Source: Prochlorococcaceae cyanobacterium
GTDB taxonomy: Bacteria > Cyanobacteriota > Cyanobacteriia > PCC-6307 > Cyanobiaceae
Assembly (NCBI GenBank): GCA_044375975.1
Contig: JBILLQ010000006.1
Span: forward strand, 1,901 to 65,900
Reading direction: 5' to 3'
DNA: 64,000 nucleotides
The notes beneath the pieces were generated by a model. That model saw nothing but the letters and a program-made list of their open reading frames with translations, was not told the DNA's origin and made no database searches. Every line of letters begins with the position of its first letter. Positions within the stretch are counted from its first letter, which is position 1. Positions 1 to 9,155 of the stretch are shown here, piece by piece. The position numbers were made by a program, and so were the translations under genes.

Positions 1-182
1 ATCTTGTCTTCCGAGACATTCAGAACAAAGGCCTTCATGTCCTTTGGCGAAGTCCAGTTGATCGTTCCAGATTCCCAGAAGTCGGGTCTGCTCTTGCTCG
101 GAGTTTTTCCTCCTTTCGTACCTCCGATCTCAGCAAGGCAGTAGGGCGCCCACCCCACCGGCAACTCCCGCCCCTCCGTCAC
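1..182 (-). CDS. hsdS: Type I R-M specificity subunit HsdS, N-terminal fragment (gene runs off the window start)
   Basis: The reverse frame reads V-TEGRELPVGWAPYCLAEIGGTKGGKTPSKSRPDFWESGTINWTSPKDM..., a typical start of an HsdS target-recognition domain. The GTG at 182 overlaps the hsdM TGA (GTGA). Confidence 0.75.
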   Translation of the reverse strand, partial: MTEGRELPVGWAPYCLAEIGGTKGGKTPSKSRPDFWESGTINWTSPKDMKAFVLNVSEDK

Positions 183-1681
183 ACCAACTCCTCCACCTCT
201 TCCCCCAGCTCCGCCAGGATCGCCCGCAAATCTTGAAGTGCCCCTTCCAGTTCCAGCATCGCCTCCTGGGCAAGCACAGCTGGTTCCGGCAGATCGGCGC
301 CATCTTCAGCCGAATCATCCTTCAGCCAGGCCAGATCGAGGCTGTCACCCCGGGCGGCAATCTCCTCGCGGCTGAAGCACTGCCAGCGGCCCTCCGGGCC
401 TGTGGCGGTGCGCGGCGCCAGCCCCAGGGGATCGGGGCCATAGGCCTCTTCAAACGCTACAAAATGCTCGCGGGTGAGCGGGGTGCGCTTGCCGAAGGCC
501 GGCATGTTGGCCCGCAGGTCGTACACCCATACAACTTCGGTGTTGCCCCGATCGCTAGCGCCGCAGGTAAAGAACAGCACATTGGTCTTCACGCCCTGCG
601 CATAAAAAATGCCGGTGGGCAAGCGCAGGATCGTGTGCAGGTTGCACTTTTGCATTAGATCCTCGCGGATCTGTTTGCCAACGTTGCCCTCAAACAACAC
701 GTTGTCGGGCAGCACCACCGCCGCCCGACCGCCGGGTTTGAGCGCGCGATAGATGTGCTGCAGGAAGCAGAACTGCTTGTTGCTGGTGGGGAAGGTGAAA
801 TCGGTGCGGCTCGGCAGGCCGCCGCCCTTCTTGGTGCCGAAGGGGGGATTGGTGAGGATCAGGCTGGCCGGTGGCAGACCCTGGCCGTCGCCGCTGAGCG
901 TGTCTCCATACCAGATGCCGCATTGCTCTGGCCGCGACTCCAGCCCGTGCAGCATCAGATTCATAAGCGCCAGCCGGTGCGTGTCCTGCACATGCTCCAT
1001 GCCGTAAAACGTGCGCTCGTAGAACTGCTTCTGCTGCTTCTCATCCAGCAGGCTCGGATCCTGGTGGTCTCGTATCCAGCGCTGGGCCGCGATCAGGAAG
1101 CCGCCCGTGCCGGCGGCCGGATCCTGAATCACGTCACCCAGCTGCGGCTGCATCACCGCCACCATTGCATCGATCAGCGGCCTTGGCGTGAAGTATTGGC
1201 CAGCGCCTGATTTCTTTTCCTCGGCGTTTTTCTGCAGCAAGCCCTCATAGAGATCGCCCAATCCCTCCTGGCGGGCGCTGTACCAATCGATCTTGTCGAT
1301 CTCGTCAACCAGCTTTTTGAGGGTGACCGGCTTCTTGATGAAGGTACTGGCGTTGGCGTAGATCTCTGTCACGATTGCCGAGGCAGGATCCGATTCTTTT
1401 TCTTCTTCATTTATCTCTTTATTTTGCTGGGATGGGCTCCCCAGCTTCAGCAGCAATTCCCTGTAATGGTCAAATTGACTGAGGCCCTGCAGGGTTTCAA
1501 GCACGTCCCAGCGCCATTCCGCTGGAATCCCCTCCTCCCGGCCAGTCTCCTTGGCCATCTTCAGGAACAACAGATAGGTGAGCTCGCTCACGTACTGGTG
1601 ATACGTCACCCCGTCATCCTTCAGCACATTGCAGAGGTTCCAGAGCTTGGCAACGATGTCGTGGGTGGTGGTGGGCATCAC
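179..1681 (-). CDS. hsdM: Type I R-M N6-adenine DNA methyltransferase subunit HsdM
   Basis: 500-aa ORF with AdoMet motif DPAAGTGGFL and catalytic motif LILTNPPFG. It has an HsdM_N-like N-terminus and is translationally coupled to hsdS. Confidence 0.95.
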   Translation of the reverse strand: MMPTTTHDIVAKLWNLCNVLKDDGVTYHQYVSELTYLLFLKMAKETGREEGIPAEWRWDVLETLQGLSQFDHYRELLLKLGSPSQQNKEINEEEKESDPASAIVTEIYANASTFIKKPVTLKKLVDEIDKIDWYSARQEGLGDLYEGLLQKNAEEKKSGAGQYFTPRPLIDAMVAVMQPQLGDVIQDPAAGTGGFLIAAQRWIRDHQDPSLLDEKQQKQFYERTFYGMEHVQDTHRLALMNLMLHGLESRPEQCGIWYGDTLSGDGQGLPPASLILTNPPFGTKKGGGLPSRTDFTFPTSNKQFCFLQHIYRALKPGGRAAVVLPDNVLFEGNVGKQIREDLMQKCNLHTILRLPTGIFYAQGVKTNVLFFTCGASDRGNTEVVWVYDLRANMPAFGKRTPLTREHFVAFEEAYGPDPLGLAPRTATGPEGRWQCFSREEIAARGDSLDLAWLKDDSAEDGADLPEPAVLAQEAMLELEGALQDLRAILAELGEEVEELV

Positions 1682-1698
1682 GATTCAGGGGTTGGGCG

Positions 1699-2079
1699 TC
1701 ACTTCGCCACGCTCACGGGGATGTTGGGGCTCTCCGGGTTCACATCCACGCTCTGCAGCTGCGGCCGCAGCACCAGGTCCATGTCCTCCATCGGGATCGC
1801 CCCCAGCAGCACCTCATTGCCCAGCACCATCGCTCCGGTGAAGCAGCGGCGGTTGCGGAAGCGCACCTCCACCGGGCCCACGTAGGGGACCGTGCGCCGG
1901 TGGCCATCGGCCAGCACCACCTCGCGGCGCTCCAGTTCCGACAGGCTCAGCTGGATTGCCAGGTGCTCCGGGATGCACAGGTGCACCGCCCCAGTGTCCA
2001 CCAGGGCCGACACCTCCAGCGGCGCCAGATCGGGCCGGGTGGGGTTGCTAAGCGAGAAGGTGCCGCGAGTCAATCCCAT
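1699..2079 (-). CDS. Retropepsin-like (clan AA) aspartic protease, small single-domain
   Basis: The ATG at 2079 gives 126 aa starting MGLTRGTFSLSNP..., with active-site signature ALVDTGAV. It lies 26 nt after the hsdR stop and 17 nt before the hsdM start. An alternative GTG at 2118 would overlap hsdR. Confidence 0.8.
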   Translation of the reverse strand: MGLTRGTFSLSNPTRPDLAPLEVSALVDTGAVHLCIPEHLAIQLSLSELERREVVLADGHRRTVPYVGPVEVRFRNRRCFTGAMVLGNEVLLGAIPMEDMDLVLRPQLQSVDVNPESPNIPVSVAK

Positions 2080-2105
2080 CAACTCACCGTAGCCAGCCAC
2101 TGGCT

Positions 2106-5100
2106 TCACGCCGCCCACACCTCACGCTTGAACTCACGCAGCACGCCATCCAGCTCACCGGCGAACATCCGATCGAGCCGCTGCCAGCCGCCCCCCTCGC
2201 GGCGGAAGATCAGGGCATCGTCATCGAGCGCTTCGCGATCCACGATCGTGATCGCCTTGGTTTGATTGGCGATGCGTTGCAACCACTGGCGTTGGGGTGT
2301 GGTCCAGCTGCGGGAGGCCAGGATCCGTTGCAGCGCCTTATCCACCCGCTGGTCGTAGGGCACCAGCGAATCTCCCAGAGCCGCCTGGCGGATGTAGCCC
2401 ATGATCGAAGCGGCCATGGCCTGGTTGGTGGTTTCACGCCAGGCTGTGGCCAGGGTCGCCTCGTTGTAGCCCCGCTGATCGAGGGCAAGCCTTAGCTCCC
2501 GCAGATCCTTGCGGGTGAGTTCCCAGGGCCGCTGCAGCACGGTGGTAAGGGCCGGCAGGTCGTTGCCGCTGTCGCGCACAAAGGCTGTGAAACCATCCAG
2601 GTAGTCCTCCGGGCGGGTGGCCTCGCCATAGCCCCGTTCAATCGATCGCAACGCGTCGTCGTGTTCGGAGAGGAATTGGGGCTTGGCTGGTCCGTCCCAC
2701 TGCTGATCCAACAACTCAGCCAAGCCGGGGATCGTGCCAAGCCAGCGCCTGGCCTCGGTGATCGGCAGCTGCTGCAGGCGGTTGATGAAGTCGGCGGGTT
2801 CTTCGCCGGTGAGCAACCGGAACTGGGCCGTTTGGTTTTCGCTCAACCGCTGTTGCTTGCGCCGCAGCTTGGCGATCAGCTGTTGTCGCACCAGCTCGCT
2901 CTCCTCGCCCTCCGTGGTTTCCAGTTCTTGGAACAGCTGGCTGAAGCTGATATTCGGGTTCACCACCACCGGCTTCATGTCTGTGAAGTTCTTCAGCGCC
3001 TCGTAGATCCGAACGGCATCAAAGATGCGGAAGTGGGTCTTGTCGATCGCATCACAAAGGCGGGTGGCGCGGCCGATCATCTGGTCGTAGAGGATGCGGC
3101 TGTTCATCCGCCGCAGGAACACGATGTTGCAAATGGCGGGCACGTCCACACCGGTGCTGAGCAGATCCACCGTTACGGCCACATTGGGAAAAGCTTCGTT
3201 CTTGAAGCGGCGTATCAACTGCTTGGGCTTATCACTGTCACCGGTGATCTTGGCAACCGCATCATTGGGCACACTGCCATAGCGACGCTGGAAGGCTTCT
3301 TTGAGCAGCATCACCACCAGATCGGCATGGGCGTCGCTAACGCAGAAGATCAGGGTTTTGTAGGGGGAAAAGGGATCCAGCTCATCGGCGAGCGCTTCGC
3401 AAACCACCTGGTTGAACGGGTCCGTGATCACATTGCGGTTGAAGGCCTCCACCTCAAAACGCAACTCATCCGGCGTAGTGAACTTATCAATCTGTGTGGT
3501 GGTTGGATCGTAAAATTTAACTTCCTCGCCAGCAGCCCAGCCAATGCCTTCGCTGGAGAGTTCGGTGTTGATTCGGATCGGTGGTTCATGGTCCACCAAA
3601 AAGCCATCCACCACCGCCTCGCGGTAGCTGTACACGAACACCGGTTTCCCAAAGATGCTCACCGTGTGCAAGGCCGGCGTGGCTGTGAGGCCGATCTTGA
3701 CGGCATCAAACATCTCGATCACCCTCCGGTACTTCGAGACGTAGTCGTTGAAATCTCTGAAGCGCAGCTCAAGCTCACTCAGCTCCCGATCTAGCAGATA
3801 GCCCCGGTGGCATTCATCCACCACGATCAGGTCGTAGGTGTCCACCGTGGGCTTTTCTTCCTCGCTGCCAAGCAACAGGCGCTGCACCATCGCCTGCACG
3901 GTGGCGATGTGTACTCGAGTATCGCTTTCTGCCTCGCGATCGCCCAGTTCTTTGATGCCGTAGATGTCGGCAAAGCTCTGCAGGCTCTCCATGCGAGTTT
4001 CCTTGAAGGCATCGGCGGCCTGGGTGCCGAGTTCAGAGCGGTCCACCAGAAACAGCACGCGCCGGAATCGCCCGGTTTTGAGCAGCCGATAGATCAGGGC
4101 AATACAAGTCTTCGTTTTGCCCGTGCCGGTGGCCATGGCGAGCATGATCTCCCGTTGGCCTGCTGCAATCGCCGCTTCAGTGGCTTCGATGGCTCGCCTC
4201 TGGTAGGGCCGCAGCGGAAAGCCAAAGCTGAACAATTCCTGCCGCAACTTCGCCTGGGCCAGATCCACGTCCTGGCGAGATAGCGCCTTGAGCCCCTCTG
4301 CTGAATACCAGCGTTCAAGGGGGCCGGCGAGATTGTCGCTGCGGCGCAGATCGCGGAACCAGATGCCGCTCTTGGTGCGCAGTTGGTTCAAGAAGGGTCG
4401 GCCATTGCTGGAGAAGGCGAAGGGGATGCGGAACTCGCCCGCTGAACCCCAACCCTGGGCCTTCAGTTCTGTTTCTTCACTTGGTTGGAAGTCCCGGCAA
4501 TAGCGCTCAGCCTGGGGCAGCTTGCCCGCCACATCCTTGTTGGCCCGCTTGGCCTCCACTGCCGCATACGGGGTCAGGCCAACAAACAGCAGGTAATCGG
4601 CGGGTCCGCTGCTGGTGGGCCACTCGGCGATGGCCAGGTTGCGGTTCTTTTGCGGTCGCGATCCCTTCCCATAACGAAGGGTCTGCGTGTCCGCCTCCCA
4701 GCCCGCTTGGCGCAACTGCTCGTCGATCAACTGGCGGGTGGCCGCCTCATCCAGTTCGATCGAACCAGCGGCTTTTCGTGCCGCCTGCAGCAATCCCGCC
4801 GAAACCGCTCCCGGTTGCCTGGCGGCGGTATTTTGAAGGGCTTCCAGTTGGGCAGCGAGGGCAACCTTGTCCACCTCAACCGCTGTGGCCAACTGTTCCC
4901 ATTGCTGCTGATCGTCGAGGGCCTGTTGCAGCTGGGCCTCCGTAGCGCTTAGCTGCTCGGCTACGGCACCTTCCTGGGCGCGGAAGGCATCAAGCGCACT
5001 CTGCAGGCTGGCCAGCTCAGCGCGTAGTCCTTCGCTTTCATCGGCCGGGGGCTGGGGAGGGCGAAATGGACCACTGCGGAACTCGGCATCCGAGAAGGTG

Positions 5101-5474
5101 CGGTGAAACCACACCCCCAACTGCCAGGCGATCTTGAGGGTGTTGAGGGCGCTGGCATGGTCGCCGTAGAGCTCATGGTTGGCGTCATTTCCTTTCGAGC
5201 GCAGGTCATGAAAGAGAGCTGACACCTCACGCTCAATCAGGCCATCGAACTCCAAGCGTCGAATCAAGGCCAGTTGCGTCTCCTGGGCGCTGGTGAACAC
5301 CCCAAAACGGGACGCCACCTGCTGGGCCAGCCGTTCACCAAGCTGCCTCAGCTTGATCAGTGCCGTATTCGGATCCTCGGGGAAATATCTTTCAGCTAGC
5401 GACCCAAGCCGGAACAACTGCTCGTCGTAACTGCGCAGATGGACGAAGTTGGTGCTCACAACATCTCCGCCCAT
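2106..5474 (-). CDS. hsdR: Type I restriction enzyme R subunit (HsdR-like) with N-terminal DUF4145-like domain and coiled coil
   Basis: 1122 aa. The N-terminus (..LFHDLRSKGNDANHE..) is DUF4145-like and is followed by an Ala/Gln/Glu coiled coil. A PD-(D/E)xK core follows (ADYLLF..VEAKR), then SF2 motifs MATGTGKT and VVDECHRGY. Confidence 0.9.
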   Translation of the reverse strand: MGGDVVSTNFVHLRSYDEQLFRLGSLAERYFPEDPNTALIKLRQLGERLAQQVASRFGVFTSAQETQLALIRRLEFDGLIEREVSALFHDLRSKGNDANHELYGDHASALNTLKIAWQLGVWFHRTFSDAEFRSGPFRPPQPPADESEGLRAELASLQSALDAFRAQEGAVAEQLSATEAQLQQALDDQQQWEQLATAVEVDKVALAAQLEALQNTAARQPGAVSAGLLQAARKAAGSIELDEAATRQLIDEQLRQAGWEADTQTLRYGKGSRPQKNRNLAIAEWPTSSGPADYLLFVGLTPYAAVEAKRANKDVAGKLPQAERYCRDFQPSEETELKAQGWGSAGEFRIPFAFSSNGRPFLNQLRTKSGIWFRDLRRSDNLAGPLERWYSAEGLKALSRQDVDLAQAKLRQELFSFGFPLRPYQRRAIEATEAAIAAGQREIMLAMATGTGKTKTCIALIYRLLKTGRFRRVLFLVDRSELGTQAADAFKETRMESLQSFADIYGIKELGDREAESDTRVHIATVQAMVQRLLLGSEEEKPTVDTYDLIVVDECHRGYLLDRELSELELRFRDFNDYVSKYRRVIEMFDAVKIGLTATPALHTVSIFGKPVFVYSYREAVVDGFLVDHEPPIRINTELSSEGIGWAAGEEVKFYDPTTTQIDKFTTPDELRFEVEAFNRNVITDPFNQVVCEALADELDPFSPYKTLIFCVSDAHADLVVMLLKEAFQRRYGSVPNDAVAKITGDSDKPKQLIRRFKNEAFPNVAVTVDLLSTGVDVPAICNIVFLRRMNSRILYDQMIGRATRLCDAIDKTHFRIFDAVRIYEALKNFTDMKPVVVNPNISFSQLFQELETTEGEESELVRQQLIAKLRRKQQRLSENQTAQFRLLTGEEPADFINRLQQLPITEARRWLGTIPGLAELLDQQWDGPAKPQFLSEHDDALRSIERGYGEATRPEDYLDGFTAFVRDSGNDLPALTTVLQRPWELTRKDLRELRLALDQRGYNEATLATAWRETTNQAMAASIMGYIRQAALGDSLVPYDQRVDKALQRILASRSWTTPQRQWLQRIANQTKAITIVDREALDDDALIFRREGGGWQRLDRMFAGELDGVLREFKREVWAA

Positions 5475-5494
5475 TGGCAGATCTTCTCACATAT

Positions 5495-5725
5495 CAGATG
5501 GCGTCGCTCTACCAGGAAGGCGCCGTAGCTCAAGGGTTCGCCACCCAGTTGAGGCGCGGGATCGACATCGAGCGCGACAGCAACGGGCTGCTCTTGGTGC
5601 GGGAGGAGAACAAAGGCGGCGGGGTCACGCTGCCGTTCCTGTGCCTCGGCTTCGCGGATTACATGAGCCACCAAGGCGAGCGAGCCATGTTCGCGACCGA
5701 TGGCGATCCGCTTGCGGCTGCATAA
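5495..5725 (+). pseudogene. Remnant resembling the C-terminal DUF3427-type domain of helicase/nuclease defence proteins
   Basis: ..LLLVREENKGGGVTLPFLCLGFADYMSHQGERAMFAT.. fits the hLFVR...pFxyLG..xyvsHxGerPM pattern as I recall it. There is no N-terminal catalytic part and the pattern breaks down at the end. Confidence 0.3.
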
Positions 5726-5834
5726 ACCCATCCCCGGAGCGTCCGTCCCGGAGGTGGCACTGGCGGTGTGAGTGGGGACAGCGTCAACGGCAAGAGTTCG
5801 TCAGAAAGAGATCACTGAACCTGGGCAAGCGGTC

Positions 5835-6040
5835 TCATGCCGCCACCCTCTCAGGGGCCAGGCTGGTTTCGCTGAACCCCCGCTGATCCAGGCCCAGCTT
5901 CAACTGGCGCAGATCCTGGCGGGTGAGTTCCCATGGCCGCCGCAGCACGGTGGAGAGGCCGGCAGGTCGTTGCCGGGGCTGCCGCCGGAACCTAGTGGTG
6001 GTGGTGAAGAAGAAGGCAGCGCGGCTGGCCAAGGGGGTGT
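5835..6040 (-). pseudogene. Frameshifted fragment of a second hsdR-like 3' region
   Basis: Encodes ..LSTVLRRPWELTRQDLRQLKLGLDQRGFSETSL.., against HsdR ..LTTVLQRPWELTRKDLRELRLALDQRGYNEATL.. (nt ~2490-2620). The upstream GNDLPA reads in a different frame. About 70 nt are near-identical at DNA level. Confidence 0.7.
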
Positions 6041-6122
6041 CGGCTCCGCATACATCGATAAACACTGAATAGCTCGATAACTTGGGCTAAGGTCTTTCTA
6101 GGTTGTCCGATGGTCGAGCTTC

Positions 6123-7310
6123 GTGGATCCCACTCGTAACCCGTTCGCCCCAGGAGCCGGAGCTCGTCCGCCCGAACTGGCTGGCCGCGAATCGATCATC
6201 GAGGCCGCCAACGTCGCCATGCAGCGCATCCAGCGCGGCCGGCAGGAGAAAAGCCAGATGCTGCTGGGTCTGCGGGGTGTGGGCAAAACCGTTCTGCTCA
6301 ACAGGCTCGCCCAGCTCGCCGAGGACATGGGATCCATCGTGGTACCTCTTGAGGCTCCTGAGGGTCAGCGGTTGGCCGCTTTTTTGGCGCCGGCCCTCAA
6401 GAGTGTGCTGCTGCGGCTGAGCCGTGTGGCCCAGGCCCGCGAACTCGCCCAACGCGGGCTGGGAGCCTTGCGCGGTTTTGCCAGTGCCTTCAAGGTGTCG
6501 ATCGGGGAGATCGAGCTGTCCATGTCTGCGGAACCGATCGCCGATAGCGGCAATCTGGAGATTGATCTGCCGGAGTTGATGGGAAGTGTGGGCAGGGCTG
6601 CGCAAGCAGCAAATACAAGTGTCGTCATCCTTCTCGACGAGGTGCAATATCTGTCAGAAGAAGATCTGCGCGGTCTGATCGTGGCCATGCACAGAATTGC
6701 TCAGCGAGGCTGGCCTGTGATCCTGTTCGGCGCCGGTCTGCCCCAGGTTGCAGCCTTGGCTGGGGAGGCTAAGTCGTATGCGGAGAGATTATTTGACTAT
6801 CCTGAGGTTGGTCCGCTGCCTTCCGCCGCAGCCCGTTCAGCTCTTCTCGATCCGATAGTGGAGGAAGGTGAATCCATCAGCGAGGATGCCCTAAATAGAA
6901 TCCTCTCAATCACCGAGGGATATCCTTATTTTCTGCAGGAGTGGGGCAAGCATTCCTGGAACACAGCGGGTAGATCCCCCATCACCGCAGACGATGTGGA
7001 GATGGCCAGCAGCCTGGCCACGGTGGCACTCGATCGAAGCTTTTTCCGCGTGCGGTTCGATCGGCTTACTCCTCGAGAACAGGACTATCTGAGAGCGATG
7101 GCCGCTCTGGGGCCTGGCCCCCATCGCTCTGGAGACATCGCCGATGCCCTGGGTATCAAAGTGCAACAGGCCGGACCGCTTCGTAACGGCCTGATCAAGA
7201 AGGGAATGATTTGGAGCCCAGCCCACGGGCAGACGGCTTTCACCGTGCCGATGTTCGACGCCTTCATGATCCGGGCCATCCCTGAATGGAAGCCGGAACG
7301 GTTGGTCTGA
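6123..7310 (+). CDS. AAA/ORC-like ATPase with C-terminal winged-helix-like region (orphan)
   Basis: 395 aa starting NPFAPGAGARPPELAGRE. Walker A is GLRGVGKT and Walker B is VVILLDEVQ. The C-terminus (..REQDYLRAMAALG..) looks wHTH-like. Confidence 0.8.
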   Translation: MDPTRNPFAPGAGARPPELAGRESIIEAANVAMQRIQRGRQEKSQMLLGLRGVGKTVLLNRLAQLAEDMGSIVVPLEAPEGQRLAAFLAPALKSVLLRLSRVAQARELAQRGLGALRGFASAFKVSIGEIELSMSAEPIADSGNLEIDLPELMGSVGRAAQAANTSVVILLDEVQYLSEEDLRGLIVAMHRIAQRGWPVILFGAGLPQVAALAGEAKSYAERLFDYPEVGPLPSAAARSALLDPIVEEGESISEDALNRILSITEGYPYFLQEWGKHSWNTAGRSPITADDVEMASSLATVALDRSFFRVRFDRLTPREQDYLRAMAALGPGPHRSGDIADALGIKVQQAGPLRNGLIKKGMIWSPAHGQTAFTVPMFDAFMIRAIPEWKPERLV

Positions 7311-7382
7311 ATCATGCTTCAGCAGATCGGGCGTGAGGGCGCCCTCACCCCACCCCACCCCACGGCTGGTACCGTGCTGGCC

Positions 7383-7550
7383 TTACACCCACTGGTTGCA
7401 CAAAAGCTCTGCTTGGGCGAGCACGGTTTTCACCGCCTCTTCCTGAAGATAGGGTGGATAGCCATATTTGCTAAGGATGCGTTTCACCATCACACGGATC
7501 CGAGCGCGGGCGCTTTCGCGTAAGGTCCAGTCAATGGTTACCATTGGCAT
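7383..7550 (-). pseudogene. Isolated C-terminal fragment of a classical HsdR (DUF3387-like tail)
   Basis: A 55-aa ORF below the track cutoff: MPMVTIDWTLRESARARIRVMVKRILSKYGYPPYLQEEAVKTVLAQAELLCNQWV. It matches the conserved HsdR C-terminal DWT.RE..RA..RV.VKR.L.KYGYPP pattern. No helicase body lies upstream. Confidence 0.65.
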
Positions 7551-7598
7551 GGTGAGCGGGCTGTGGCTTGATGACAGGAGCCGTATGACGCGAGAGTG

Positions 7599-7991
7599 TC
7601 ACTTACGGATCTGTGGGGGCCTCGGGGGGAAGTTCCCCGGGGCTACCCGGCGGGATTGTGGCGGGTGTGCTTCATGGTGCTTCTCCTGGCCCAGTTTGGC
7701 CGGTAGGGAAGCTCTCATTAGGGCTGGATCAGTTTCCGGGGCCCACGTCAGCTGCGCTGAACCGTCAACAGCGTCAGCATCAGCAGGAGGACTGCCATGA
7801 TCCGCCTGTTGCTGGCGCAGCAACCGCAACACGGATTTTGGGTGGTACCCACTGATCTCCACCAGTTCATCCACCAGCTCTGTTTTTCCCTGGCAACTCA
7901 GTGCCTGGTAACGGCTACGGGCCGTATCCAGTAGGTGCCGACGCCGCTGGCGCGGCAGGCGCCTTTCACTGGAGCTGGACGCCGGAGACAA
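7599..7991 (-). pseudogene. Transposase N-terminal (HTH) remnant, rve-type IS
   Basis: ..RYQALSCQGKTELVDELVEISGYHPKSVLRLLRQ.. resembles the KxxKxxILDEfxxxTGYHRKyAiRLL motif of integrase-core transposases. The remainder is low complexity and no DDE domain follows. Confidence 0.45.
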
Positions 7992-8056
7992 AGTGACAAA
8001 ATAGCTGAGTCAACATTACGTCGCCAGTAATGAAGGCAGTGAGTCAACACGCCCGC

Positions 8057-8356
8057 TTATCTACGCGTCGTCGGATTCAAAAAGGGATCGCATCCCCGAC
8101 ATGGCTGCCAGCCGCCGCCATGAGATGGTGCACCGTATTCTCCGGTACCACCAGCCATCTCCTCCAGATCCTCATCGCTGAGCTCCAGGTTCTGTTTTGC
8201 CTGATACTTCAACCAATCAGCCTTGCTGACATCAAACCCTGCTTCTTTCGCCAGGGCTACAGCCGCATCTAGGTCGGCAGCAGCCTGAAGCTTGTCCCTG
8301 AGAGCAGCATCATCCTTGAGCTTGACAAGCAGTGCTGCGAGTTGCTCTTCTGACAT
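8057..8356 (-). CDS. procA: Nif11-leader (N11P) class II lanthipeptide precursor, prochlorosin-like; core TGEYGAPSHGGGWQPCRGCDPFLNPTTRR
   Basis: The 70-aa leader MSEEQLAALLVKLKDDAALRDKLQAAADLDAAVALAKEAGFDVSKADWLKYQAKQNLELSDEDLEEMAGG ends in a double-Gly site. The 29-aa core has 2 Cys and 4 Ser/Thr. The ATG at 8356 was chosen by conservation among the three copies. Confidence 0.9.
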   Translation of the reverse strand: MSEEQLAALLVKLKDDAALRDKLQAAADLDAAVALAKEAGFDVSKADWLKYQAKQNLELSDEDLEEMAGGTGEYGAPSHGGGWQPCRGCDPFLNPTTRR

Positions 8357-8520
8357 CGTCTGATACTGCAGGCACCCATCCATTCATAGCCCAGCCCCCC
8401 ACAACCAGTCAGCAGCCCTCAGCACAAACTCACAAAGCCACTCCCATAGCCAGTCATCCCCACTCCCACCCCTACAACGGGCACTACGGCAGGTTAGAGA
8501 GTGATGGACTCAGCGAATGG
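8357..8520 (-). promoter_or_regulatory. Conserved 5' region/promoter of procA copy 1
   Basis: Almost identical to 9432-9595 upstream of copy 2. A possible sigma70-like pair TGACTG-17nt-TATGAA lies about 35 nt before the ATG (weak match). Confidence 0.35.
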
Positions 8521-9155
8521 TGCAGTGCCTTTCTGCCGTTGGCACCCACTCTCAATGGGTGCTTCAAGTGCTATGAGCGGTTCTGCCAAAACTATCTCCA
8601 TCTCACTAAAAGTGCTCCCAAGTGCCATTTGGGTATTCGGATCCTTAAGCGATTGTTTGAGATGGGAGTACTCAGGAGTAAAAAGAAGATGCGAGTATCG
8701 CTAGAGCAACGGCAACTGCTCTTGCATTTAACTTGCGTCTCAATCAAATACCTGGCAACTGGGGGCAGATTGCGGTAAGATTTGAGGACACTAATGGCAT
8801 CCGCGATGGCAACTGAGCGCGAATTATTTGGTAGTTGCGTTGAGGCAATGCGTGTATCGATAGAGTTAAAGAATGTAGGTGGCTAGCTTTACTCCGGATA
8901 GAAATGGCTGAAATTTTTTTGGATGGGGAAGCGGCTCAGGGTTGGCGGCGAACAGGCAAAAAGGTGCCAAGTCGGATGTTGCATTTAGGTGCTTTGAGAG
9001 TGATTGAAGAATTAAAAGCTCCTGTGGTTGCAGGGGCTTGAAGGATTGGGCTACTAAGTTTAACGAGGGGCGATTAGCACCGGGCATGAGGGCCGGCACT
9101 GGGGCGTACATTAGTAGTGCTATTACACTCCCAGTTAGTTATTGTGGTCTTAGGG

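Noticed and set aside
5360-5494. The N-terminal part of track ORF 5360-5725, and ORFs 5449-5886 and 5456-5731.
   Set aside because: They overlap the hsdR 5' end or each other, and only the 5495-5725 segment shows any family-like pattern.
8443-8472. A G-quadruplex-like run on the procA sense strand (GGGGTGGGAGTGGGG..GGG), present in both conserved 5' regions (also 9518-9547). A 12-codon uORF (MTGYGSGFVSLC) was also noted.
   Set aside because: One loop would be 12 nt. The motif and the uORF are not preserved upstream of copy 3, and there is no way to support function from sequence alone.
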